A stretch of 64,000 bases of DNA from an uncultured virus (IMG/VR IMGVR_UViG_3300046103_003349) (IMGVR_UViG_3300046103_003349), one strand, 5' to 3'; positions 27,042 to 35,897 are shown, numbered from the stretch's first letter. The notes: generated by a model not told the origin, from the letters alone. Numbers and translations: made by a program.

Positions 27042-27746
27042 CTAACTTGCTACTGTTGTTACAGGTGCTACCGATACAGGTGTAGCAGAAGATTTTCTAC
27101 TACTAAAAATAGCGAAACCTATAATTGCTAATGCACCTACACCTAAAAGAATATAAGTTACCATACTACCTCCTCCTATTCCTGATTCAGTAACTCCTCC
27201 CACAGGTTGGTTTGCTCCATATTCCAATTGAGCCAACATTGTCTTATTATTCAGTTTAGCAATTTCTAGTTGTGTTCTATTTGAATCTGCCTGACTTTTA
27301 GCTTGTTTATTTCCTGTAAAAATACCTGCAATAGTTCCTGCTAATTGTACTCCTGCATTAATATATGAACTTGTTGCTCCACTTGAAGATGAATTACCAC
27401 TTGCCCTCATAAAAGCATCTCTACTAATATCAGTATCTAAACTGCTTAAATTTTCTGATGAATTCACGGAAGAAAAAGGTAATTGATTCGCAACAACTAA
27501 CTCCATCAATTTAGTTCTAACACATAAATTAGTTAAGTTATATGCAATTGCTCCAATTAACTCTTTATTTCCTGCTCTTTCTGAAACACTTACTCCACAT
27601 CCAATAAGTGCTTTTCTAACTAAAGCCGTTCTATTTACAACTACTTTAGTAAATTCTGATAATAATAGTTCTCTTGTCATTTTTATATCTTTTGTATTTT
27701 GTATTGCTTTAAAGTTTTCAGTAAAATTATGATGTTCATATCTCAT
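27042..27746 (-). CDS. Membrane protein: helical N-domain, FMRASG, Gly/Ala amphipathic segment, coiled-coil, TM
   Basis: Architecture parallels 7075..7620 and 7617..8159. Confidence 0.7.
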   Translation of the reverse strand: MRYEHHNFTENFKAIQNTKDIKMTRELLLSEFTKVVVNRTALVRKALIGCGVSVSERAGNKELIGAIAYNLTNLCVRTKLMELVVANQLPFSSVNSSENLSSLDTDISRDAFMRASGNSSSSGATSSYINAGVQLAGTIAGIFTGNKQAKSQADSNRTQLEIAKLNNKTMLAQLEYGANQPVGGVTESGIGGGSMVTYILLGVGALAIIGFAIFSSRKSSATPVSVAPVTTVAS

Positions 27747-27747
27747 A

Positions 27748-28242
27748 TTATTTCTTAGCTATCATATATCCTACTGCAAATCCTACTGCTAATAATATAA
27801 CAGGTGAATTCCCAAATTGTGTATTTCTTATCTTACTATCTAATTCTTTTTTACTTATATTTATCTTATCTCTTAAAATTTGCTCTTTTACTTCTCTAAT
27901 TTCTTTTACTACTTGATTTGATTGTTGCTCAGTTAAAGTTTTTAGATTAGACACGAAACTTGTATCAGGAACTTCAATAGGCTCTTCAAATCCCGGTGTT
28001 CTGCCTGTTGCATAGGCAAAATCTCTATCGGCTAAATTAGAAGTTGTAAATAATGACAATAATTCTTTGTCAGGATGTATCTCACTTATGTCTTGTAATG
28101 CTAGTTTTTTATACTTTCTGACAATTACTTTTAATCTATGTATTATTTCATCTATACTACGAGATGAGCTAAAACCATAATTTTTCAGAAGCTCATTTGC
28201 CCCTGAAGAATTATTACTTGCTATATATTCATATAAACTCAT
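27748..28242 (-). CDS. Tail-anchored protein directly downstream of the capsid candidate
   Basis: Helical N-domain with HPDKEL, FAYATG, C-terminal TM + KK. Confidence 0.7.
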   Translation of the reverse strand: MSLYEYIASNNSSGANELLKNYGFSSSRSIDEIIHRLKVIVRKYKKLALQDISEIHPDKELLSLFTTSNLADRDFAYATGRTPGFEEPIEVPDTSFVSNLKTLTEQQSNQVVKEIREVKEQILRDKINISKKELDSKIRNTQFGNSPVILLAVGFAVGYMIAKK

Positions 28243-28267
28243 TCTTTTTATTTTTTAATCCTTCTGT

Positions 28268-28319
28268 AAAAAAAATGGGGCTCAAAACAAATGCCTCTGC
28301 ATATGCCTTTGCCCCATTT
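28268..28319 (-). terminator. Rho-independent terminator after the capsid candidate
   Basis: Minus strand AAATGGGGC...GCCCCATTTTTTTT. Confidence 0.7.
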
Positions 28320-28352
28320 AAGATTTAATCTCCTAAAGTTAATATTTTACTA

Positions 28353-29078
28353 TTAACCCTGTAATGCACGAGCAACTCCTTGACCAAGAACAATCTTGTC
28401 TTGTCTTACTACATTTGGATTACCATAACCACGAGCAATAGAATTGCCTGTTAGAGCACGACCTTGAGAAACAGTTTCAGATGGGTACAAGTAAACTTTT
28501 AAAGTTGTCGTTGTAGCAATCTTATTAACTGTTAATGTTGTGAAACCATCCCATTTATAGGTATGTTTCAAAACAGTAATGTCTGTTTGGTTTTGGTAAG
28601 GGTCAATTGTAGGAACAAGAGTTTTTTGTTGTTGATTACCATTAGAGTCAACTACTTTTACTGTGATAGTTTCAAGAACTGCCGCAGACCCTCCATCACT
28701 TTGTAGGTAAGTTAATCCAACCACGAATGGTTTAGATGAACTTTGCCATAAAAATTCAAGATAAGTTACGCCTGAAATACCCATAGTATAAGCAATACCT
28801 TCCGTGTTAGCTTTTTCGCCAACAGTTGTTGTGATATTGTTATACGCACCTCCTATCTCAACATCAGATAAATCTGCTGCTGAAGAGTTGTAAAGTGAAA
28901 TGATATATGGTTGTGATGAACTAGCATCAGCAGACCCCATAGCATTTAAGTATTCTTCTTCTGAACCACCAAAGTCAAAAGCATCATCCCAATCAGAATA
29001 TTCGCCACCGTTAGCTGACATATACTCGTTTGAAATGTTTTCTTCTGCATCAGAGAAATAATGATTTAAATTTGCCAT
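28353..29078 (-). CDS. Candidate major capsid protein (jelly-roll-like) with acidic 48-aa propeptide
   Basis: Beta-strand-rich ~190-aa body; more C-ending codons than neighbours (high-expression bias, by eye); own promoter, long leader and terminator; ~2.5 kb from the packaging ATPase. Confidence 0.6.
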   Translation of the reverse strand: MANLNHYFSDAEENISNEYMSANGGEYSDWDDAFDFGGSEEEYLNAMGSADASSSQPYIISLYNSSAADLSDVEIGGAYNNITTTVGEKANTEGIAYTMGISGVTYLEFLWQSSSKPFVVGLTYLQSDGGSAAVLETITVKVVDSNGNQQQKTLVPTIDPYQNQTDITVLKHTYKWDGFTTLTVNKIATTTTLKVYLYPSETVSQGRALTGNSIARGYGNPNVVRQDKIVLGQGVARALQG

Positions 29079-29281
29079 TTTTTCAATAATTTTTTGGTTT
29101 ATATTTCACAAAATGTGAAATAATCAAAACATAAACTCCCCTTATCGGGTTACTCTTTTTTACAAAACTCAATAATTAAATTTGTCATCGGTTCTCAACT
29201 CAACTCGGAGCAATATGCTCAACAAGGAGGATAGCCTAAAACGAAATGCCCGTAGGACTTATAATCAATAACTATATTTGT

Positions 29282-29404
29282 TTACTCACCTTTGTTTAAG
29301 AAATTCTTTTCCGTATAATTTGCTGCAATGATACCTATCATTACACCAAACGCTACTCCTAGAACTCCCATCCACATTGATTTTTTTCCTTTTCCTTCAA
29401 TCAT
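29282..29404 (-). CDS. Small TM peptide (40 aa; not in track)
   Basis: MIEGKGKKSMWMGVLGVAFGVMIGIIAANYTEKNFLNKGE*. Confidence 0.6.
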   Translation of the reverse strand: MIEGKGKKSMWMGVLGVAFGVMIGIIAANYTEKNFLNKGE

Positions 29405-29457
29405 CTTACTAAAGATTTTAAATTAAACTTGGCACAAGCCATTTATTAATACAAGCA

Positions 29458-29465
29458 CAAATTTA
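29458..29465 (-). promoter_or_regulatory. Bacteroidota-type -7 box TAAATTTG ahead of the capsid transcription unit
   Basis: TAnnTTTG in intergenic region. Confidence 0.45.
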
Positions 29466-29591
29466 TAAACTATATAAGATTATAATATACTTATATATAA
29501 AGGATAGTGTAACAGGTTTTGTTTAAGTTATCTCCAAAAACAAACTATTCCTGTGTGATATTTATAAAAAAGGGTTGAAATTAGGTTGATT

Positions 29592-29822
29592 TTATAGCGA
29601 TTTTTTAATCTCATTTATGATTACTCCATTCATAACAGAGAATATACCAACAATTAGTGCTAGTTTTCCTAGTTCTTTTGAGTCAGGAAGGTTAAAGGGA
29701 CTAGGAGATTTACCTTCTTCTACTTCTTTGTAATTCTGACCCATATGAAAATGTATGATTGCTTCTGTCATAAACAATACAAATGTAGTTCCTCCAACTA
29801 TTACCCCTAAATTATTTTTCAT
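29592..29822 (-). CDS. Two-TM membrane protein
   Basis: TFVLFMTEAIIHF and LALIVGIFSVMNG segments. Confidence 0.65.
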   Translation of the reverse strand: MKNNLGVIVGGTTFVLFMTEAIIHFHMGQNYKEVEEGKSPSPFNLPDSKELGKLALIVGIFSVMNGVIINEIKKSL

Positions 29823-29826
29823 AGGG

Positions 29827-29834
29827 CAAAGATA
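29827..29834 (-). promoter_or_regulatory. Bacteroidota-type -7 box TATCTTTG (near-leaderless transcript)
   Basis: TATCTTTGCCCTATG, 4 nt before the ATG at 29822. Confidence 0.6.
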
Positions 29835-29856
29835 GATAAAAATTTAATATTTTTTT

Positions 29857-31308
29857 TTAATTCAATACAATTTCGTTAGGCATACCTGTTAAAACATTTT
29901 TTATATTAGGATTTATAGCGATATGAAACTTTTTTTGTAAAGCCATTGCGATTGAATGTGGTGCAGATGGATTGCAATAAAAATCTTCACATTTCTTTAT
30001 CATCCAAGCCATATCATATAGGTCTTTTACTTTATCTCCATAAAATATAATATCATCTTTAACATTATATTCTTTTATAAAAGCATCATATTCTGATTTT
30101 AAGCCTGTATAGTAATTTTTATATTTCTGATTTTTAATACACTTTTCCCAATCATAATCTACTCCATCTCTATATCTTTGAGTAATGTGAAAAACATTAA
30201 ATTTTTCTTCAGGAATTTTAACATTAATATTTAATTCAGGAGTATTGAATTTATAATCTTCTTTTAATAATATATAAGGAAAAGGTGTATTAGTAGGGTT
30301 TTCTTTCCATACTCTAAAATAAGAAAAAACCAATTGTTCTTCAAATAGTTTCGGTGAATTTCTAAAATAATCTAAATCATAATCTAATTCTACTGAGTTA
30401 TCATACTTAACTTCTATATCTGTATCTATTTCATTTGCAGAACCTTCACGATAAGTTTTTATTCCAAATTCATCTTTATACAAAATAGCATTATTAATGT
30501 AGGGTTGTGATTTTAATAATCTATATAAGGATTTATATTGTTTATCTATTGCAGAATATTGATGTTTATTTTTTAAATAAATATCTCCCCCTCCTTTTTT
30601 TATTATTAATGGCAAAGAAAAAATTACATCTCCCAAACTTCCACTATGTAAAAAACTTTGAACTCTTTTAGTTTCAAAATGTTCTGTACCTAATTCATTG
30701 GCAATTTTACTTATGCTTTTAATGTTCATCCATTCTTCTTTGTTTTTCACAAAATTTCTCCAATTTAATTTAATTTTACCTTTAATTGCAGGTTCTTTTA
30801 AATTATCAAATTGTATAAATCCTAAACCACAATCAGTATCTATAACTGACATCTTTACATCTTTTCTTTCATTTCTTAACCTTACAAATGCTTTCCATAC
30901 ATCACCATTCCAATAGTTAGATTTCCTCGGAACTATTTGATGTTCTTCTTTTAAGGGTAAACAATCGTGCATTACTATAGAGCCATTTTTATTTAAGCAT
31001 TTTAATGAATTTTTTACATCTCTGTAAACTTGTTCGTTTTCGTGCAAACCATCAATAAAAATAATATCATACTTGACATTGTGTTTTTTAAAATATTCAT
31101 CTGATGTCATACGATATTTTACAGGAACTTTTGAACTATCCCAATCTTCTCGCATCTCATTTTCCCATTCATCTTGCATTGGGTCTACTCCTCTTTTATC
31201 TTTAATTTTTATTTTATTAAAACACCTATTATCTCTAACTCCTATTTCAAGGTAATTTTTATACTTATATTTATTAATTAATGCATTTATTAAATCGTAT
31301 CTTTTCAT
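29857..31308 (-). CDS. Fusion: class I SAM methyltransferase (Methyltransf_24-like) + GT-B (GT9-like) glycosyltransferase
   Basis: YLEIGV, YDIIFIDGLH, IVMHDC, WNGDVWK; second domain FLHSGSLGDVIFSLP...LLKSQPYI. Confidence 0.8.
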   Translation of the reverse strand: MKRYDLINALINKYKYKNYLEIGVRDNRCFNKIKIKDKRGVDPMQDEWENEMREDWDSSKVPVKYRMTSDEYFKKHNVKYDIIFIDGLHENEQVYRDVKNSLKCLNKNGSIVMHDCLPLKEEHQIVPRKSNYWNGDVWKAFVRLRNERKDVKMSVIDTDCGLGFIQFDNLKEPAIKGKIKLNWRNFVKNKEEWMNIKSISKIANELGTEHFETKRVQSFLHSGSLGDVIFSLPLIIKKGGGDIYLKNKHQYSAIDKQYKSLYRLLKSQPYINNAILYKDEFGIKTYREGSANEIDTDIEVKYDNSVELDYDLDYFRNSPKLFEEQLVFSYFRVWKENPTNTPFPYILLKEDYKFNTPELNINVKIPEEKFNVFHITQRYRDGVDYDWEKCIKNQKYKNYYTGLKSEYDAFIKEYNVKDDIIFYGDKVKDLYDMAWMIKKCEDFYCNPSAPHSIAMALQKKFHIAINPNIKNVLTGMPNEIVLN

Positions 31309-31610
31309 ATTATTTTTTTTTTAGTTCTTTTTCATAATATTTATTTAAGAAAATAATTATTTCATCTAAAGTTAGCAATCCAATTCTAAAATCATCTAAT
31401 TTTTGCTTTAATTCACTTCCAAAATTATTTATTTCTTTCATCTAATTTTTTTATATTTTCCATCAATTTATTGTTTTTACCATCAGAATTATTATACGCA
31501 CCTAAAAAGAAACTAATTACTGTTGATAGTATGCATATCATTATTATACCTACAAAAACCATTCCAAATATTACCATTTTTTTATTATTTATATATGTAA
31601 AGCATCTATT

Positions 31611-32429
31611 TTATTGTAAAAAATATTGTTGTCTAATCCTACCCCTTACTTCTTGTATAGCATCAGACCTATCTATAGTTGCCCCATCAGTTAAACTTTT
31701 TTTATTAATGGCAGGTTTAACTACTGAATTAAAGTTTTTAGATAAATACTCATCTATTGCATTATTAATAATAGATTCAGTTAATTTTCCTTTAATTTTT
31801 TCTTCATCTAAATCTACATACATAAAATATCTTGGATTATCATTAAAGTATTGAGTGTTAACTATATTTTCTGCTATACTAAATAATTCATACTTATCAG
31901 GAAATTTATTGCGATGCCTTTCTATACTGTCTGAATTTTTATGAAATCTTAGCCAATTAGCATTTTGCCAAACTTTGGTTGTTATCCTACCAATACTTTG
32001 AAAATGAATAATAATATCTAAATCCGTATGTCTATTAGAGCAAATTGCCCCAACTATATCTGTTGGTAAATGGTCGCCTACATATTTATTTATATCTTCA
32101 ATTAATAACATACCACCCCTAAAAAAATGTAAAATATCCCAAAGTTGACTAGCTATTTCTTTAAGTGTTAGTCGTATGCCTGTTTCTTCATTAAAAGGTC
32201 TAACTCTTCTTATTTCGGCAGTTGGCATAACAGAAAATTTAACTAAATCTTTCATTGAAATAGCCTTATAATCAACGAACTCATCATTAACATCTAATAT
32301 CAAAACTCTACGAGGCTCTACACCTTTTTCAGGATTACCATATACATATGACTCAATAAGAATCTTGGTTTGATAGGTTTTACCAATTCCTTTCTTACCT
32401 ACTGCCATACCTAATTTTGGTTCTCTCAT
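31611..32429 (-). CDS. Genome-packaging ATPase, A32/FtsK-HerA superfamily
   Basis: Walker A GKKGIGKT, ILDVNDEF, Walker B MLLIED, Arg finger and Gln sensor NRHTDLDIIIHFQS. Confidence 0.8.
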   Translation of the reverse strand: MREPKLGMAVGKKGIGKTYQTKILIESYVYGNPEKGVEPRRVLILDVNDEFVDYKAISMKDLVKFSVMPTAEIRRVRPFNEETGIRLTLKEIASQLWDILHFFRGGMLLIEDINKYVGDHLPTDIVGAICSNRHTDLDIIIHFQSIGRITTKVWQNANWLRFHKNSDSIERHRNKFPDKYELFSIAENIVNTQYFNDNPRYFMYVDLDEEKIKGKLTESIINNAIDEYLSKNFNSVVKPAINKKSLTDGATIDRSDAIQEVRGRIRQQYFLQ

Positions 32430-32435
32430 TTTATT

Positions 32436-32876
32436 TTATTTGTTAAATACTGATTTCTTTTTAATTTTGCCCTCTTTATATGTTATTGCCATAAAATCTT
32501 CTTTATAATAGATATAACTATCAACAAATACATTTTTTTGTGCAGTTATCTCTATTTCTGTATTGTGAATGTCAACTCTTGTTTTATTTATACCTACAAT
32601 AGTTTTTAGTTTATCAGAAGATGGGTATTTTTCATATTCTTTTAATGATTCACAATATTCTTCTAATAATTTAACATATTTTTTTCTTGTTTCTAATTGT
32701 TCTTCAAGCCTTTTCTTTGTTTTTTCTAAAGAGTTTTTTTGTATTAGTTTTTTGTCCACATATTTTTGAAAATCTTTTGGAATTTGAAAGTACGCTTCTT
32801 TTTTTTCTTTAGATACTTTTGAAATATTTTTTTTAAAATCTGTCATTTTATTTTTCTGTGTTATTAGATAATACAT
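32436..32876 (-). CDS. Lys-rich coiled-coil hypothetical protein
   Basis: Intact ORF; true start probably MTDFKK. Confidence 0.55.
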   Translation of the reverse strand: MYYLITQKNKMTDFKKNISKVSKEKKEAYFQIPKDFQKYVDKKLIQKNSLEKTKKRLEEQLETRKKYVKLLEEYCESLKEYEKYPSSDKLKTIVGINKTRVDIHNTEIEITAQKNVFVDSYIYYKEDFMAITYKEGKIKKKSVFNK

Positions 32877-33360
32877 AAAAGTGGTTTATTTGAGGGGCTA
32901 TATAATATATTTTATCTGTTACTTTTATTTTTTCTGTTTTCTCGGTTAATTGCAAAAAGAACCTCCAATCTTCTTCGTGTCCTTTATTATCAAATAAAAA
33001 TTTGTGTTCATTATAAAAAGATGTTTTGATAGCAAAATTAATACCCATATTTCCTGCTTGTAAAATATTATTGCCTCTATTTGGTATTATATTTTCATCT
33101 TGTTTCATTCTTAATACTACTAAATCAAAATCTTTATCTAACTCTTTACTATGACCTGTAATTAAATAATCATCATCATCAACAAAAACTATCCAATCAC
33201 TATCAATTACCTTTTTTAATCCTTCATTTCTATTATATCCTGCACTATCTTTATTTCCAAAAATTAATAAATTATGATTTACATTTTCTTTTTGAATAGA
33301 GGCAATAGTTCTACTTAAAGTAGGTCTATACAATGTTGGTATTATATAATCTATTTTCAT
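32848..33360 (-). CDS. Glycosyltransferase family 2 (GT-A)
   Basis: IIPT, SAGYNRNEG, WIVFVDDDD, EEDWRF. Confidence 0.85.
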   Translation of the reverse strand: MKIDYIIPTLYRPTLSRTIASIQKENVNHNLLIFGNKDSAGYNRNEGLKKVIDSDWIVFVDDDDYLITGHSKELDKDFDLVVLRMKQDENIIPNRGNNILQAGNMGINFAIKTSFYNEHKFLFDNKGHEEDWRFFLQLTEKTEKIKVTDKIYYIAPQINHFYVLSNNTEK

Positions 33361-34067
33361 TATTTATAATCTTTTCCAAAAACTCCCCAATTAGAATTTT
33401 TGTGTCTACATATTATTCCTGTATGTGCATAAATTGGGACATTTTTAGCATATAAATCATTTATCCAAACTACATCAGGAAACCAACTCGCTCCTTCTAT
33501 ATGTCTAAAAGGAAATTTTGAAAATATAGGTCTTGCAATAAGAACACAACCTAAACCTACTGAAAGAGTTTTTTGAACTTTACCATTAATCATAAAATTG
33601 TTGTACCCACCATATATACAATGTCTGTATTCATCTATATCTGAAGATATTCTATTGAGCATAGGAACTCTTGATTCATTATCACTTAATTGATATAAGG
33701 CACCTATAATAGGCTTTTTCTCAAACATTAATTGTTCTATAATATCATTTGGAGGAAAAACATCAGTTTCAAGATGAAGAATATAATCGTAATTATTTCT
33801 CATAGCATATTGTCTACATAACTCGTGGCTTATCGCTACTCTTGACAATACTGAGTCTTTATTACTATCATCAGTAATATTTATACACTTAAATCCTTTT
33901 GATTTAATTTCTTTACTAAAATCTTTTGTTAAAGAATTATCTGCAAGAAATACATCATAATCAGGATAAGAAAAATTATTAACATTCTCAGCCCACTCAT
34001 CAAAACAATATTTTTTTACATCTGATTGTGGAGCACATACTAAAACTCTTTTCCTTCTATAGCCCAT
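33360..34067 (-). CDS. GT-A fold glycosyltransferase
   Basis: DVFLADNS, YDYILHLETDV, GLGCVLI, FPD, ICRH. Confidence 0.8.
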   Translation of the reverse strand: MGYRRKRVLVCAPQSDVKKYCFDEWAENVNNFSYPDYDVFLADNSLTKDFSKEIKSKGFKCINITDDSNKDSVLSRVAISHELCRQYAMRNNYDYILHLETDVFPPNDIIEQLMFEKKPIIGALYQLSDNESRVPMLNRISSDIDEYRHCIYGGYNNFMINGKVQKTLSVGLGCVLIARPIFSKFPFRHIEGASWFPDVVWINDLYAKNVPIYAHTGIICRHKNSNWGVFGKDYK

Positions 34068-34071
34068 TAAA

Positions 34072-34281
34072 CTATTCTTTTTTCTTAAACCTTCCTCTTG
34101 GTCCTCTATCTACATTTTTGTTGTAATGAGGATGTAAGTTCTTTTGTGCCCTTTGAATTTTAACTATTCTGCTATCTTTTGCTCCATCACTAAAAACTTT
34201 AAATTTTCCCTTGATTGAACAATAATAATAAATAGAAATTCCAAAAAGAACAATAGATACTAAAAAAATAAATGTTTTCAT
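34072..34281 (-). CDS. Small N-anchored basic protein
   Basis: N-terminal hydrophobic helix; RGPRGRF tail. Confidence 0.55.
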   Translation of the reverse strand: MKTFIFLVSIVLFGISIYYYCSIKGKFKVFSDGAKDSRIVKIQRAQKNLHPHYNKNVDRGPRGRFKKKE

Positions 34282-34328
34282 ATTTTCATTTTTGGTTAAT
34301 ACTAATTTTAATTATCTTATATATCATA

Positions 34329-35411
34329 TTATTTTTCTTCCGTTTCCATAGCATCAGACATATCAAATCCTTTATTCAAATCTACTTCATCCACTTCAAT
34401 TATTGTTGTTTTGCTTTCTTCTTCGGTTGGCTCTAACTTAATTTTCTTTTTTGGTCTACCTCTTCTTTTCTTTGCAGGTGTTACCAATATTTCATCATCC
34501 ATATCATCGTGCATTGTTAATGGCTCTTGAGATATAATTTCCTCTTCTACTATTGGTTCGGGTGTAGGAGGAGTTGGTGTAGGTTCGGTAGCAGTTGGCT
34601 CTGTTGGTTTTTCAGCAGGTGGAGGAGTAGCATTTGGAGGAGGTGAACTTGCGTTATATTGTGGCTGAACGCTTTGTCCATACATTTCAGACATAGTTTT
34701 TAATGCTTGAGTAAGAGATTTCTTAAATGCATATAATTGGACTCCTTTTGTTAAAATATCTTTTCCAAAAGATACTGCTAAAAATTGTTCATCAGTTAAA
34801 CCATATCCTCTTGATGAAAAAACTCTTATCATAACAGGTCTAACACTTTCTATAAATTCATCTTCTACAACAAGAACTTCGGTAACTTGCCTGTTAAACT
34901 CTCCTATGAATTCGTGTACTGATATAGTTTGAGTTTGAGAAATAGGTATTCTCATATCAGGATTTATCTCTCCTTTAATAGCTTTTTTAACTATTTCCTC
35001 TTCCCCTAATGTAAAATATTTTTGTCCAAAAGTATGGGCAGATTTGTAACCCTGTAAAAATGTATCTACCATTAGAGTAGCACTATCATCAGCATCTTTC
35101 TTACTATAATCCTGTAAATCTTCATTTACAAATGGGTCATCACTACCAAATCCTGATTTAGGTTTTGATGGTTTTGATGGTTTTGATTTTGGCTTTTCAT
35201 CTTCGTAATCATCCTCTTGCAATTCATCTAAGTTAGGCTGATGATAAAGAGGCTCGGGAATACTTTCTATTGTATTAGGGTCAAATGATACTTTTGGCTT
35301 TGTATAATCTCTCTGTATAACAGGCTCATCAAAAGGGTTAAAGTTTTCAGGTGTACTTAATTGTGAATAATCCAATGTAGTTTTTTCAGCCATATTATTT
35401 ATTATTTTCAA
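34329..35411 (-). CDS. Acidic/Pro-rich hypothetical protein with AT-hook-like KRRGRPKK
   Basis: Intact ORF; helical core flanked by low-complexity ends; start probably MAEKTT. Confidence 0.65.
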   Translation of the reverse strand: MKIINNMAEKTTLDYSQLSTPENFNPFDEPVIQRDYTKPKVSFDPNTIESIPEPLYHQPNLDELQEDDYEDEKPKSKPSKPSKPKSGFGSDDPFVNEDLQDYSKKDADDSATLMVDTFLQGYKSAHTFGQKYFTLGEEEIVKKAIKGEINPDMRIPISQTQTISVHEFIGEFNRQVTEVLVVEDEFIESVRPVMIRVFSSRGYGLTDEQFLAVSFGKDILTKGVQLYAFKKSLTQALKTMSEMYGQSVQPQYNASSPPPNATPPPAEKPTEPTATEPTPTPPTPEPIVEEEIISQEPLTMHDDMDDEILVTPAKKRRGRPKKKIKLEPTEEESKTTIIEVDEVDLNKGFDMSDAMETEEK

Positions 35412-35832
35412 CGAAAATTACTATCTCGTTGTTTATTTTAGTTAATTTATTTTGTTGTTTTTTTTCTTCAGGAAATTTAGGGTTTAAATTTTCCATATAT
35501 CTCATATCCCTACTAACAGTAGCTTTATTTAATTTGAGATTTTGAGATATTTGAGATTGCGACCAATTAATATGGTGTCTAATTAATAAGACTAACATTG
35601 CCCTTGCTTTTGTTCTTACTCCAAACTTTCTGCTTTTTCCTAGAAATAATTCGCTCTCTGATATATTAAAATTTTTGCAAGTTTCTTTAATAATAAATGC
35701 TAAAATATTATCTTTAGTTTCATACCCTTCACTTAATCCATTATCAATAATTTTTTTTGCTTTTTCTATTCCTTTCTCATCAACAAGTTTCATTAATTTT
35801 TTAATAAGTTCAAAAGAATTGGTATGTTTCAC
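35395..35832 (-). CDS. DnaA C-terminal-like helix-turn-helix DNA-binding protein
   Basis: IIKETCKNFNISESELFLGKSRK...ARAM...SQSQISQNLKLNKATVS; GTG start. Confidence 0.7.
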   Translation of the reverse strand: MKHTNSFELIKKLMKLVDEKGIEKAKKIIDNGLSEGYETKDNILAFIIKETCKNFNISESELFLGKSRKFGVRTKARAMLVLLIRHHINWSQSQISQNLKLNKATVSRDMRYMENLNPKFPEEKKQQNKLTKINNEIVIFVENNK

Positions 35833-35873
35833 GAATGAATAATGTTATTTTAATAAATAATTACTAATTACAA

Positions 35874-35881
35874 CAAAAATA
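35874..35881 (-). promoter_or_regulatory. -7 box TATTTTTG
   Basis: TAnnTTTG, intergenic, upstream of 35832. Confidence 0.4.
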
Positions 35882-35897
35882 AAAAAATAAATTGCAA

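Noticed and set aside
4266..29078. N-x-x-G motif as an N-glycosylation sequon
   Set aside because: NAS/NQS/NMS copies fit N-x-S/T, but many copies (NHPG, NAVG, NFDG, NAMG, NACG) do not; the conserved parts are the aromatic residue and the Gly.
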